62,546 nt of DNA, filler included, from Sphacelaria rigidula (GCA_964200075.2; 11 parts of 11 records of this genome joined end to end with filler, not necessarily neighbours in it), one strand, 5' to 3'; shown: positions 1 through 10,886, counted from the whole stretch's first letter. Notes: a model not told the origin generated them from the letters alone. Made by a program: numbers and translations.

Positions 1-1541
1 TGTACGCCACAGGGCGCGGCGGCCTGCGCATGCGCGCTGTGTGGGAGCGCGAAGGCAGCGACATCATTGTGCGTGCCCTGCCCTACCAGGTATCGGGTTC
101 CCGCGTGCTGGAGCAGATTGCGGCGCAGATGCAGGCGCGCAAGCTGCCTATGGTGGCCGACCTGCGCGATGAGTCGGACCACGAAAACCCGACGCGGTTG
201 GTGATAGTGCCGCGCTCCAACAGGGTGGACGGTGAAGCGCTGATGAGTCACCTGTTCGCCACCACCGACCTGGAGAAAACCTACCGGGTTAACCTCAACA
301 TGATCGGCACTGACGGCCGCCCCGCAGTGAAGTCACTGGACCGCATTCTGCGCGAATGGCTGGCCTTCCGTACGGCAACGGTCCGCCGGCGCCTGGAATA
401 CCGGCTGGAGCGCGTGCTCAAGCGCCTGCATATTCTGGAAGGCTACCTGATCGCCTACCTGAATATCGACGAAGTGATTCACATCATCCGCACCGAGGAC
501 AAGCCCAAGGTCGCATTGATGGCACGGTTTGGCCTGAGTGATCCCCAGGCCGAATCGATCCTCGAGTTGAAGCTGCGCAACCTGGCGAAGCTGGAGGAAA
601 TGAAGATCCGCGGTGAGCAGGACGAGCTGGCCGCCGAGCGTGACTCACTGCAGCTCATTCTGGGCAGCGACGCCCGCCTGAAAACCCTGATTCGCAAAGA
701 GCTGCAGGCGGCCGCAGAGCAGTACGGTGATGAGCGCCGCTCGCCGCTCAAGAGCCGCGACGAGGCACGTGCGTTCAGCGAGCTGGAACTGATGAGCGCC
801 GACCCGATTACGGTGGTGCTGTCGGAAAAAGGCTGGATCCGTGCGGCCAAGGGCCACGAGGTGGAGTCGGCAAGTCTGAGCTACAAATCCGGCGACGCCT
901 TCAAGCTCGACGCCCGCGGGCGCAGCAACCAGCCTACGGTGATACTCGACTCCACCGGTCGCGCCTACACGCTGGCTTCGCACAACCTGCCCTCGGCGCG
1001 CGGCCAGGGTGAACCCGTGACCGGCCGTATCAACCCGCCTTCCGGGGCCACTTTTGAAGGCCTGTTGCTGGCGGATGAGCAGCAGCGCTTCCTGCTGGCC
1101 AGCGATGCCGGCTACGGCTTTGTCGCAGTGTATTCCGATCTGCAAACCAAGAACCGTGCGGGCAAGGGTGTGTTGTCCCTGCCCAAGGGGGGGCGCGTAC
1201 TGCAGCCTTCGCCGGTACCGGCGGAGAACGCGGGCGCCTGGGTCGCCGCATTGTCCAATGAAGGGCGCCTGCTGGTGTTCCCGCTGGCGGACCTGCCCCA
1301 GCTGGCGCGCGGCAAGGGCATCAAGATCCTGGGTATTCCCTCGGCGCGCGTGCAGGCACGGGAAGAGTTCCTGGTGACCGTGCAGGTCATCAATGAAGCC
1401 CAGTCGCTGGTGATTCAGGCGGGCAAGCGCCACCTGACCCTCAAGTTCACCGAGCTGGAACATTACCGCGGTGAGCGCGGCCGGCGCGGCAACAAGCTGC
1501 CGCGCGGGTTCCAGAAGGTGGATGGGATGCGGGTGGAGTAG
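1..1541 (+). CDS. parC: DNA topoisomerase IV subunit A, 5'-truncated at the contig edge
   Basis: The frame is open from base 3. It has GyrA/ParC motifs ([35 protein letters not shown]) and a ParC-type C-terminal domain ([34 protein letters not shown]). No GyrA-box QRRGGKG is present. Confidence 0.95.
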   Translation, partial: YATGRGGLRMRAVWEREGSDIIVRALPYQVSGSRVLEQIAAQMQARKLPMVADLRDESDHENPTRLVIVPRSNRVDGEALMSHLFATTDLEKTYRVNLNMIGTDGRPAVKSLDRILREWLAFRTATVRRRLEYRLERVLKRLHILEGYLIAYLNIDEVIHIIRTEDKPKVALMARFGLSDPQAESILELKLRNLAKLEEMKIRGEQDELAAERDSLQLILGSDARLKTLIRKELQAAAEQYGDERRSPLKSRDEARAFSELELMSADPITVVLSEKGWIRAAKGHEVESASLSYKSGDAFKLDARGRSNQPTVILDSTGRAYTLASHNLPSARGQGEPVTGRINPPSGATFEGLLLADEQQRFLLASDAGYGFVAVYSDLQTKNRAGKGVLSLPKGGRVLQPSPVPAENAGAWVAALSNEGRLLVFPLADLPQLARGKGIKILGIPSARVQAREEFLVTVQVINEAQSLVIQAGKRHLTLKFTELEHYRGERGRRGNKLPRGFQKVDGMRVE

Positions 1542-1544
1542 CCC

Positions 1545-2207
1545 GTGCCTGTGCAGCGTCCGGTGCCAACCCCTCGACGTCGCGGTCGCCCCGCGAAGAT
1601 CAGCCGCGAGAAAGTCATCGAGGCGGTGCTGTTGCTGCTGGAGGACGCTGCGCCCGATGAAGTGAGCATGGCGGACGTCGCGGCGCAGCTCAATGTGCCG
1701 GTCATGTCGCTGTACAACCACTACCCGAACACCAGCGAGCTGCTGCAATCGGTAGCCGACCACACCTTCGGGCTGTTTCGCATGCCTGCCCTGCGCAGTG
1801 GCGCGCCCTGGCAGGATGAGTTGCTGGCCTGGCTGCGGGCGCTGGCCCGCCACTGCCAGCGCTACCCCGTCGCACTGCGCATGATTTCCATCGAAGGCCG
1901 GGCCACTCCGGCCTACCAGCGTATCGTGACACCGCTGCTGCACGTGCTGGAGTCATTGCAGCTCGACGAGCAGCGCGCGGCCCTGTTGTTGGCCTGGGTG
2001 ACCAGTCAGGCTATGGGGCTTATCTACATCGAGGACTTTGCTGAACCTGCGCGCCGGCTGGCGCCGCCCGGGCTGTCAGCGGAGCAGGCCGATGCGAGCT
2101 GGCTCGCTGGCGTGGGCGCCGCACTGCCCGACATCCGGCGTGAAGCGGTGCTCGAGCTGGGCTTCCGTTCGATCATAGCGGTGTTGGAGGAAGAAGCCGG
2201 AAAATAA
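1545..2207 (+). CDS. TetR/AcrR family transcriptional regulator
   Basis: N-terminal RRRGRPAKISREKV followed by a TetR HTH (VSMADVAAQLNVPVMSLYNHYPN) and a helical C-terminal ligand domain. It starts 3 bp after the parC stop. Confidence 0.88.
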   Translation: MPVQRPVPTPRRRGRPAKISREKVIEAVLLLLEDAAPDEVSMADVAAQLNVPVMSLYNHYPNTSELLQSVADHTFGLFRMPALRSGAPWQDELLAWLRALARHCQRYPVALRMISIEGRATPAYQRIVTPLLHVLESLQLDEQRAALLLAWVTSQAMGLIYIEDFAEPARRLAPPGLSAEQADASWLAGVGAALPDIRREAVLELGFRSIIAVLEEEAGK

Positions 2208-2327
2208 TTATGGAAAGTATTATTAAAAATAACTAGACTGTTTGTCAGCGCGGTCGACTTTGCCTCGACAGCTCAGCGTCCGCGACCCTCCTGATTCGAT
2301 AAATAAAGTAAAGAGGCGGTGACAACA

Positions 2328-4061
2328 ATGAGCAAGACACTGATTCGCAATGGTACTGTGGTAGACGGCACGGGGGCTGCGGGGTTCGCAGCTGACGTAC
2401 GCGTGCACGACGGGGTAATCGCAGAGGTGGCGCCGGGCCTGACGCCCGCCGCCGACGAGACAATTGTAGACGCAACCGGTTGCATTGTTTCCCCCGGATT
2501 TATTGAAAGCCACACTCACTTTGACGGCGCCATGTGGTGGGACGAAGAACTCGACCCCCTCCCCGGCTACGGTGTTACATCGCTGATTATGGGTAACTGT
2601 GGTTTTTCCGTGGCCCCGGTCTCCGATGATGAGGCGGCCCGTCGCGAGGTCGTCGGTATCTTCTCTTTCTTTGAAGACATCCCTGAACAGCCGTTTCTCA
2701 AATCACTGCCCTGGGACTGGCGCACCTGGCCCGAGTATCGCGATTCCATGGTGCGCAACGTGAAGCTGCCAGCCAACTACGCGGCATTCTGCGGTCACAT
2801 CGCCCTGCGTCTTGCTGTAATGGGTCTCGAGGCCTGGGACCGTGCGGCAACGCCGGCCGAAGTGGAGCAGATGTGTGCGTTGCTGGATGAGGCGTTGGCG
2901 GCCGGCGCACTGGGCATGTCCACCAACCTTTTCGACCATGACGGCCAGGACCGCCCCGTGCCCTCACTGCAGGCGGACGACCACGAATTGCAGTCATTGA
3001 TGGCGGTGATCAGCCGGCACCCCGGAAGCACCTTGCAGGTGATCGTCGATACCTTCCGCAACATGACCGCGCCGGACACCATGCGCCGCATCGCCAAGCT
3101 CTCCGAAGGCATGCCGCTGCGCGTGCAGTGGGCGGGTTTGCCCACGCTGGTCTTCCAGCGCGACATGATGGGTATCCAGGCGCCGCTGGTGGAGCTGCAT
3201 GAGCAGTTCAAGCGTGAGGGGCGCGACTTCTGGACGGGCTATGCCCACATCGCGGTGACATCAACCATGAGCGTGCAGAGCTCCCTGATCTTCGCACAGT
3301 CCAACGACTACGTGTGGCACGAGGTGGTCACCGCCGAGGGCGATGCCGCCAAGGAAGCTGTGCTGCGTGACCCCGACTGGCGCGCGCGAGCCCGCGAATC
3401 CTGGGACACCAAGGCGTTCGAGTTTTCGCCCTTCCCGGAAGGTCGCGCTGCGCACCTGTTGCTCATGAACTCGGACAATGGGGTGGGTCCCACGCACCTC
3501 ACCCTGGGTGAATACCAGGAGCAGATTGGCGCCCCGCACCCCTCTGACGCGATGGCGGAATGGCTGCTGGCCAATGGCCTCCAATCCACCGTTACCATGC
3601 CCCCGTTCGAGTGCGATCGCGACATGGTGTTGAGCCTGATGCGCGACCCCTACTCAGTCGGCAATATCAGCGACGCCGGTGCACACGGTCAGATGCTCTG
3701 CGGTGGGGGTGAGAACGTCAAGCTGTTCACCGATTTCGTGCGTTCGGGTGACCTGACGGTGGAAGAAGCGGTCTACATCCAGACCGGCAAGCTCGCCAAC
3801 CACTTCGGTTTCCATGATCGCGGTGTACTGCAGGCTGGCAAGCGCGCCGACCTCACGGTTTTCAACCTCGATGAGGTGCAGGAACGCGAAATGAAGCGGG
3901 TTTACGACGTGCCTGATGGCAAGGGCGGCTTCACCTGGCGCTGGAGCCGCGATGCGGCGCCGATGCGCATGACCATGGTCAACGGTGAAGTCACGTTCGA
4001 TGGGCAACAGAGCACGCCGGCCCGGCCCGGCGAAATGCTGGCTCCCAGCGTCGCGGCGTAA
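2328..4061 (+). CDS. Amidohydrolase, N-acyl-D-amino-acid deacylase (D-aminoacylase)-like
   Basis: Motifs LIRNGTVVDGTG, PGFIESHTHFD, GVTSLIMGNCGFS, SDAGAH and RGVLQAGKRADLTVF. ATG 2328 is preferred over GTG 2319 because of its spacing from the GAGG Shine-Dalgarno near 2312-2315. Confidence 0.9.
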   Translation: MSKTLIRNGTVVDGTGAAGFAADVRVHDGVIAEVAPGLTPAADETIVDATGCIVSPGFIESHTHFDGAMWWDEELDPLPGYGVTSLIMGNCGFSVAPVSDDEAARREVVGIFSFFEDIPEQPFLKSLPWDWRTWPEYRDSMVRNVKLPANYAAFCGHIALRLAVMGLEAWDRAATPAEVEQMCALLDEALAAGALGMSTNLFDHDGQDRPVPSLQADDHELQSLMAVISRHPGSTLQVIVDTFRNMTAPDTMRRIAKLSEGMPLRVQWAGLPTLVFQRDMMGIQAPLVELHEQFKREGRDFWTGYAHIAVTSTMSVQSSLIFAQSNDYVWHEVVTAEGDAAKEAVLRDPDWRARARESWDTKAFEFSPFPEGRAAHLLLMNSDNGVGPTHLTLGEYQEQIGAPHPSDAMAEWLLANGLQSTVTMPPFECDRDMVLSLMRDPYSVGNISDAGAHGQMLCGGGENVKLFTDFVRSGDLTVEEAVYIQTGKLANHFGFHDRGVLQAGKRADLTVFNLDEVQEREMKRVYDVPDGKGGFTWRWSRDAAPMRMTMVNGEVTFDGQQSTPARPGEMLAPSVAA

Positions 4062-4070
4062 TCTCCTGCG

Positions 4071-4106
4071 GGCGGCGGGTGCGCGCAGTCTGCCCCCGCC
4101 ATTTTT
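4071..4106 (+). terminator. Possible intrinsic terminator
   Basis: Imperfect GC stem (GGCGG-c-GGG ... CCC-CCGCC) followed by ATTTTT, about 10 bp after the amidohydrolase stop. Confidence 0.45.
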
Positions 4107-4188
4107 CGTTCGCCATCACCTGAACGGGGGGTCACAGCGGCCCCTCGTCCCGCTATTCTGAGATATCAGCTTCCGGAGAGCACAGCCA

Positions 4189-4920
4189 ATGCAACGATTC
4201 AGCGGCAAGACCGTCATCATCACCGGCGCCGCCCAGGGGATGGGCGCCAATCACGTACGCCGTTTTGTGGCTGAAGGCGCCAACGTTCTGCTTACCGACG
4301 TGCAGGATGACGCCGGTGCGGCACTGGCTGCCGAATTAGGCCCACAGGCATGCTTTGTGCACCAGGATGTGTCCAGCGAGGCCGATTGGGATGCCGTAGT
4401 GGCCGCAGCGACTGAGCAGTTTGGCCGCATTGATGTGCTGGTGAATAATGCTGCCCTGTATTTCTCCTGCCCGGTGGACGAGGTGGAGCCAGAGCGGGTG
4501 CGCAGGCTTCTCGACGTGAATGTTTTCGGCAGCTGGTTGGGGATCAGCAAGGTGGCAGCGGTGATGAAGGCGCAGGGCACGGGCGGTGCCATCGTCAACC
4601 TGTCATCCCTGGCCGGCATCCGCGGCATTCCCACGCTAGCCATTTACGGTGCCTCCAAGGCCGCGATACGGGGCCTCACCCAGGCCGCCGCCCATGACCT
4701 GGGGCCAGCCGGCATTCGGGTCAATGCGGTGCTGCCAGGCGCCGTGGCGGATACGGGGATGTTTTCCGGTGGTACGCCGGAGCAGATGCAGGCGATTCCG
4801 CTGCAGCGTCCCGCGAGCCTGGACGAGATATCCACGCTGGTGCTGTTTCTGGCATCGGACGACGCCAGCTACATCACGGGTGCGGATCACACTATCGACG
4901 GTGGGCGCAGCCTCTGGTGA
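4189..4920 (+). CDS. Classical short-chain dehydrogenase/reductase (3-alpha,20-beta-HSD/FabG-like)
   Basis: TGAAQGMG Rossmann motif, NNA, catalytic S and YGASK, IRVNAVLPG, and C-terminal ASYITG...IDGG. A GGAGAG Shine-Dalgarno lies upstream. Confidence 0.93.
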   Translation: MQRFSGKTVIITGAAQGMGANHVRRFVAEGANVLLTDVQDDAGAALAAELGPQACFVHQDVSSEADWDAVVAAATEQFGRIDVLVNNAALYFSCPVDEVEPERVRRLLDVNVFGSWLGISKVAAVMKAQGTGGAIVNLSSLAGIRGIPTLAIYGASKAAIRGLTQAAAHDLGPAGIRVNAVLPGAVADTGMFSGGTPEQMQAIPLQRPASLDEISTLVLFLASDDASYITGADHTIDGGRSLW

Positions 4921-4933
4921 GGGGCGAGCCGGG

Positions 4934-5596
4934 TTAGAGTGGGTTGCCCAGGCGCTTGAGCGTCAGCCGCAGCTGCCGCTCAAGCAGGTCGTCGTAAGGG
5001 TTCAGAAATTCTTCCAGAATGGCATAGTCGCCGAGTTCGCTGGGGCGTTGCTCCAGCCGGCTGCTGACGTCAATGTCCTCGCACGCGCCAGGTGAGAGCA
5101 TGACCTGCGGTGGCTTGCTGGTGCACAGGGTCTGCAGCTCGTCGAGGGTAGACTGGATATACAGCCCCGGGTAAATGTCGGTCTCATCACCTCGCCCCAG
5201 TTCGCTCTGGCCGACCGCCATGGCCATCCCCAGCGACAGGCTCATTTTCTTCTCCACGGCCTTGCTGACGCTGCGCACCAGCCACGCGCAGCAGGCCGCC
5301 CTGAAGGCCGCGCTACCGCCGTTGCTGCTGCCGCTGAAAAAAACCGCCAAACCGAATTGCCGCACCACCTGCAAGTGGCCGCCATAAAAGCCCGCGGCGG
5401 CATAGACAATCTGGTGCAGGCGGTCGGTGTAGCGGTGCAGGGACGCCTCGTCCAGCGTATCGATGTAGTCAGCCAGGCTGATCAGGTGCAGGTAGAGCAC
5501 GGCGGTGTCGCGATAGTTGGCGGGGTTTGACCCCGTGCCGGTGCGTGCTCGCAGCAGGTCCATGGGCAGGGCGTTGATGTGGTGCTGCAATTGCAG
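4934..5596 (-). CDS. C-terminal part of a protein with a degenerate class III nucleotide-cyclase-like domain (AhpA/YtjB-type membrane protein); start lies beyond the contig edge
   Basis: The pattern AVLYLHL...YGGHL....G.AVFF...AFRAACCAWL follows the cyclase fold but lacks the metal-binding aspartates. It is convergent with the SDR. The family call also rests on my recollection of gene neighbourhoods near parC in gammaproteobacteria. Confidence 0.55.
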   Translation of the reverse strand: MQLQHHINALPMDLLRARTGTGSNPANYRDTAVLYLHLISLADYIDTLDEASLHRYTDRLHQIVYAAAGFYGGHLQVVRQFGLAVFFSGSSNGGSAAFRAACCAWLVRSVSKAVEKKMSLSLGMAMAVGQSELGRGDETDIYPGLYIQSTLDELQTLCTSKPPQVMLSPGACEDIDVSSRLEQRPSELGDYAILEEFLNPYDDLLERQLRLTLKRLGNPL

Positions 5597-5696
5597 NNNN
5601 NNNNNNNNNNNNNNNNNNNNNNNNNNNNNNNNNNNNNNNNTTAATTAATTAANNNNNNNNNNNNNNNNNNNNNNNNNNNNNNNNNNNNNNNNNNNN
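5597..5696. other. Artificial contig spacer. The same spacer occurs at 11293-11392, 16989-17088, 22685-22784, 28380-28479, 34075-34174, 39770-39869, 45465-45564, 51159-51258 and 56853-56952
   Basis: 44 N + TTAATTAATTAA (stops in all six frames) + 44 N, recurring every ~5.7 kb. Confidence 0.99.
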
Positions 5697-5769
5697 AATA
5701 GAGTTTACTCTTGTTCTTTCCCGATTTTGGGTTTCTTTTTTCCATAAAGAAAAAAAAAAAAAAAAAAAG

Positions 5770-7906
5770 TGGCCCAAAATACCCCCTCCCCCATCGTAGG
5801 ATGACTCTGACCCTCTTCTCCCACACCGATTGGGCCCGGGAACAACAGGCAGAATCTGCTTGTAAATCAGCTATGCGTTATCTATCCAAAGGTTGCCCAT
5901 GTTCATGCTCGGAAGCCGAATTCCTTTTGGCCGCCGGGAACCGCAAAGCCCCCACATAGGACGAAGTTACTGAACTTTCGCGGAAAGGTATGCTGCATAC
6001 GGATGATGATGGTGTAGTTCTTTTGGTTCGCCGGTCTACAGCGGCCCTCCGCAGGGGGAAGCCTACAAGCCGACATGCCCGCTTGCTAGGTGATGAACCC
6101 ATCCGCATCTATGTCCCGAAGCTCCTGCGCCCATGGGTTCTACACAAATGCCATTCACAGGCATCGATTTATTTGGGCGCCATTAGGACCTTCCAGATGT
6201 TGGAACGTTTTTATTGGTGAATTTGTATGGATCAGTGTTCTCGTTGGTGGGTTCGGCGTTGCCTCTTGTGCCAAGCGCGCAAGACTTCGCATCAAACAAT
6301 TCGTTGGCCTATTGTTTTCATGCCACTCCCAAACGCGCTTGGTGAAGTAGTTTGTGGGACTATTTTGGTCCTGTGCCCTTGAAGGATAGCGGTAATTAGT
6401 CGACATGCGGTGATGCACGCTGTCCCTGCCAGTAGCTATGGCGCGGAAGGTATAACGCGGAAGGTACCGCCAGCATTCTTGTCTACATGTACATTACACA
6501 GTGGGGTGTGCCCAAACGCTCACTGTCTGACAACGACCCGTATTTTTCAGGCAAAATTTCGGCCGCAGTCAGTTACCTTTTGGGTGCCCACCGCATTTTC
6601 ACTAGTTCGTATCACCCTTCCACCAATGGTGGCGGAACGAGTGAACCATACGATGGCACAAATGCATGCTGCTGTGGCAAATGAGAGACAGATGAACTGG
6701 GATCTGCATCTGCCCCTTGTCCAAATGAACTATAACACTTCAGGCAATGCCGCTACGGGATTGTCACCGACTGAAATTCATATCGGTCGCATGCCTAGGT
6801 TACCTTTAACGGTATTCGAACGCAAAACTACAGGCGGACATCCGAGTCTGGATCGTGATGTTGTACAGTATCATTTATATGTCGGTTAGCAATCGTCTTC
6901 GTCTTGCATATGAAGTGGTACGGGGACAGAACCAAATCAACTTGGCCAAGGTGGCCAGGGCGAACTCGGTGTTGGATGATGTGGTACATAACCGCCGGGT
7001 GTGGGAGGTAAGACAATAGGCATGGGTATATAACGATGTAAAGACCATCAATCAAAGGGCTAGCTCAAAATCATCCTCTTTGGACAAAATGTTGAAGGCG
7101 AAACTTTCCTTGAATTGGACTGGTCCTTGAGAAAGTTTGGCCGTCGGTCCAAGCGCTACCGCACCCGGCAGAGTCCGGTGGGAGCAAAACTTTTGTATTT
7201 GGATTTTCCCACGGATGAACTAGATTTGAAGCCGAAAAATCACGTCTGGATGCTACGATGCAAACCGTGTATCCTCCCTCATAACTCCTCGGACATGTCC
7301 AAACAACTGCCGCCGGGGCTTAGCCAGTATGTGTTGACGAAGTATGCGATCAAACTCCGCCGTATCATATGACGGTCGAGGATGCGGACGCACCCCTGGA
7401 ACGCGTTGCGGTAAATAGGATTCCGGGGCATCAACTGGTCCGCGGCTGTGGTGGTAAGATAGCGGTAACGTGTCAAACACATTGGAAGGGTATCATGCGT
7501 GTTACATGGGCGCGTGAAGTTGATTTGCGTCATTTTCGTCGGGAAATATTACTGTACTGGGTAGAAGATGCCGTCCAACACCGCCCGTTGAATAAGAGAT
7601 ATCGGTCTATGCGCAAGGGAGCTGCCGCTTGGGAACTGGCACGTGAGCACTCAGTGCGGTTTGTCGTATCAGGCTTTAGCCTTCTTTCGCGTTCACAATA
7701 CATGCAGTCTTTTTGCTTTGCCGAAGGGGGCGTACTTTTGGTATAAGGCTTTGGATTCGCTCTGGTGGTTGGGTAAGATTCATTTGGTCGACCCTGCATC
7801 TGACAAGTCCTACTTTGTCCGCTTCCTCGATCACCCGAGCACTCTTAAGATGCGCTTGGATGATGCCTACTACACCGAGGTGCCGACCGCCCGCCGGAGA
7901 TCCTAG
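5770..7906 (+). mobile_element. Decayed Ty3/gypsy LTR-retrotransposon pol, 3' part: integrase (zinc-binding and core domains), chromodomain-like segment and C-terminal extension; multiple stops and frameshifts
   Basis: YVPKLLRPWVLHKCH...T.QMLERFYW*...VRRCLLCQARK (zinc-binding region); WGVP...LSDN..YF; TSSYHPSTNG; ERVNHTMAQM; WDLHLP.VQMNYNTS...TGLSP.EI..GR.PRLP; and V.RIPGHQLVRG.....T.QTHWKG....TW..E.DL (chromodomain-like). Confidence 0.88.
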
Positions 7907-8304
7907 TGCCTCCAACGACACGACCAAGGCGATCTCGACACAGTCGTTCTACGCAACACGAACACCGCTTGGGATGCAGAAGACTCATGATGCCGCATCC
8001 GTGTCTGCTTCCCCATTCACCTTGCGTAATGTACCATGTTTGAGTCGCTTGTCTTGCGCCGTAGCGTCGTTGAAAACCCATGTGTTCCCTCTCCCCCTCT
8101 CATTTGTTTTTTATCGTACGGCCTAGTCTTGTACTTGAAGTGGTTGTATTTTCTATCTGGCATTTGGTATTTTGTATCTGCTTCTTTTTTTTTCTGGCGT
8201 TGGACCTTGCCTTTGTGTGTTGTTCTTGTCTTATATAGTGTTGTTTTCTCTTCTTTCTTATTTTTATCTTTCCATCTCGTTTTGTTTTCTATTTTTTGTT
8301 TGAT

Positions 8305-8350
8305 ACATATATATACATATATATATATACATATATATATATATGTGTAT
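8305..8350. repeat. (TA)n / (TACA) microsatellite
   Basis: Direct reading of the sequence. Confidence 0.85.
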
Positions 8351-10754
8351 ATCCTTTTTTTCTTGTTTTTTTCAGAGGTCATATTATGACGAAGTAGTAT
8401 GACGTGACGACCGTTCCACAAACTTCCCTGATGCCGAGTCTGGAATACTTGAACCTTAGTCCCCCGCGCCGTATAGTCGCGACCATTCCATAATCTGGAA
8501 CAGTTGCCACGAGTTATTTTTTGTTTGTTTGTTTCGGTCGAGAGTTTCCGGAGTGAGTGCTGACATACCTGACCCCCCCGTCTGGAATATTCGCGCTCTT
8601 GTTCAATCGCTCCGTACGCGAATACCATCTCCCTCTTCGGGATCGGTCGTGACGTGTCTTCTTTGTGTGTGCGTTCCACGTTGGGTTTTAGGTTACCATG
8701 GGCGACAGAAAATGAAGCGGGGTTCGAAATGTTTTGACTTCCCTGGCTGAAACGCTTGACCCTACTCGCTTCGTACACGCGATAACCGCTCCCGTTTACA
8801 GGGACGGTCGCTACGTGTTATTCTTTTGCTTCACGTTTCTGTTATTTTGTTTTCGCTGTTGCCAAGCGTACCCCTAGTTTTGTATTTATTTCGGTTTTGG
8901 TTTTGGTTTTTGCATCTATGTCGGGATATTCGTCATGAGTGTTCCAACGTTCCCGACCTCGCGTCTCCAACACTTGGCCTATTTTTTCTACGAGTCCTGC
9001 ACACGTGCGACCGACCTCGTTTATAGGAAGGGTCACGTGTATGCGACGCAACGGGAAAACATAATAATGTGATTATTAAGATACAACGTGGGCACCACTG
9101 ACCGCGTCGCACGTAACGGTTACAGGAATTTTCATTGCAGTAGTGGAATATTTGGTTGCAAACGTCTTCTCATACAGGACCATTTCGTATCATGATGCAA
9201 TAGACTGCTCTTCCGCAACAGACCGTTCCGCCATGTCGATATTCGACCATTGGCACAACCTACAGGCTCAGAGTCCGCTACTCGCTATTTACTTGTCACT
9301 GCTTACACCCGTTTTTTGCGTACGGTTACCCGTCATGACCTCGGTCGGTAGTGTTTTGTTTTCATCAGGGATTATTGGACAAAGCAACGTGACGGTACGA
9401 CCGGCTGTGGTCTTACTCCAGTTCGTGTTCTAGCCAGCCTCGTTTTAGTCCAAACGGACAAATACGAGGAGGGGTGGACTGCGTTGGCCATTTCTCTCCC
9501 GTGTATTTGCCGTGGTTCCGACGGTTATGTATTGACTCAATTGCGTTTCTTTTAACGTGTACGGATACCCGACCTGACAAACCGGCCGGCTCTTTTCGTA
9601 TCTCGTCGTGTGAGGAAAAAACAAAATGCTGTACGACTGGATCACCACCCAGACATCCCTAGCAAGTCGTTGCTCTCACAAACATGTTCCGACAATTAAC
9701 TCACGACAACCGGGTTGATTTGTCCGTGTCATGGGTATTTCTTTTTTTTCAACGTATGGTTTTCGCGGGAAACCACTTTTTTCGCGACGAAATCGGCTGT
9801 ACGCTGTTGGCTTTTGCTGATTGACTGGGACGACACACGTGGACAAACAGCACCCTGTAGGACGAGCTGCACAGGGTTCTCCACAGTCTTTATGAAATCC
9901 CCTGTGTAGCATTTGCAAACCCTAGTACCTGCAATAGCATTTTGCACAGCGTTTTTGTCGAAACCCCGCAAGCAACCCTGTGGAGAGGCCTTCCCAATTT
10001 GGGAAATTCCTAATTATTTTGGTACAAAATCTGTAAATTTATCTCGAACAGCTTCTTCTGCTGCGCAAATCCCATGCACACCAGCAGATTTGGAATTTGA
10101 ACAGCAGAAGAAGCTCGAAATATGTCTTTATTTTGCCCTCCATTTCATCCGGAGATTGGGAGAAAAGAGATTTATTGCGAACAGCGTCAGCTGGGCATAT
10201 CCCGCATACTGCACCGTTATCAGCATATGGGATCCGACAAGCAGAAAAAAAATGTTGAAAACAATTTATCGTTTTGCCCCCCGATCCATGCACATGGGCT
10301 AAAGGATGAAAAATTCTCAACAGCTTTTGCTGAATGGAGATCCGACACACTGATTACGATCGCGTGTATGTCCACACGCCTAGGAGTCTAGATGTAGATA
10401 CTAAGCTTTCGCTCAAGACGTGGATACTGGGATGATGGTGTATACCTCCCATATGACTCCACATTGCTTTTGAGAACCCCGTGGTCCGCAGTCTACCATA
10501 ATCACTCAACCGAGTATGCTTTTGTTAAGAGAGTTTTTGCTTGATAGTTATTAGATGAACAAAATAATGTTGCCGTACAACAAATCAGGTGGCTCAATAG
10601 GCAACCCGACGCACGCCTAATCCCAAAGTCGTGAGTTCCATTCCCACCCCTGCCATTTCTCGACCGTTTTTTCATCCAGTACCATGCCCATGCTGTACAG
10701 AGCACATTGAATGCGTGCTATAAAGGCTGCACAGCATACTTACAGCGATGAATT

Positions 10755-10886
10755 CTACACGGAGTGACGAAACCCTGTGAAGCGTGGTATGGGGCGCAAA
10801 AATAAAACTACAGCCAGGTCCCCGCAAAAAACACTGCACAGTTTCCCTGAAGCCGGTAGATGTGCCCCACAGGGTGCTGTTTGTTC
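10755..10886 (+). repeat. End of a dispersed repeat (probable DNA-transposon or MITE terminus), homologous in reverse orientation to 57421-57628
   Basis: The reverse complement reads CACCCTGTGGG...GGAAACTGTGCAGTGTTT...GGCTGT...CGCTTCACAGGG...TTCGTCAC.CCGTGTA, matching contig 11. Confidence 0.7.

Noticed and set aside
645..1943. 432-aa minus-strand ORF and other overlapping ORFs in contig 1
   Set aside because: Antisense shadows of GC-rich real genes.
5597..5696. Regularly spaced identical TTAATTAATTAA motif as a biological repeat
   Set aside because: It is embedded in fixed N runs at every contig join; it is a six-frame-stop linker.
5590..5800. Bacterium-to-eukaryote gene transfer junction
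   Set aside because: The adjacency is created by the artificial spacer.
8017..8778. 253-aa Lys-rich ORF and its hydrophobic antisense ORF
   Set aside because: Products of T-rich and (TA)n low-complexity sequence downstream of the retroelement.
9020..9060. Polypurine tract and LTR start (AGGAAGGG...TGT) of the gypsy element
   Set aside because: Plausible, but there is no second LTR or matching CA end in the contig to confirm it.
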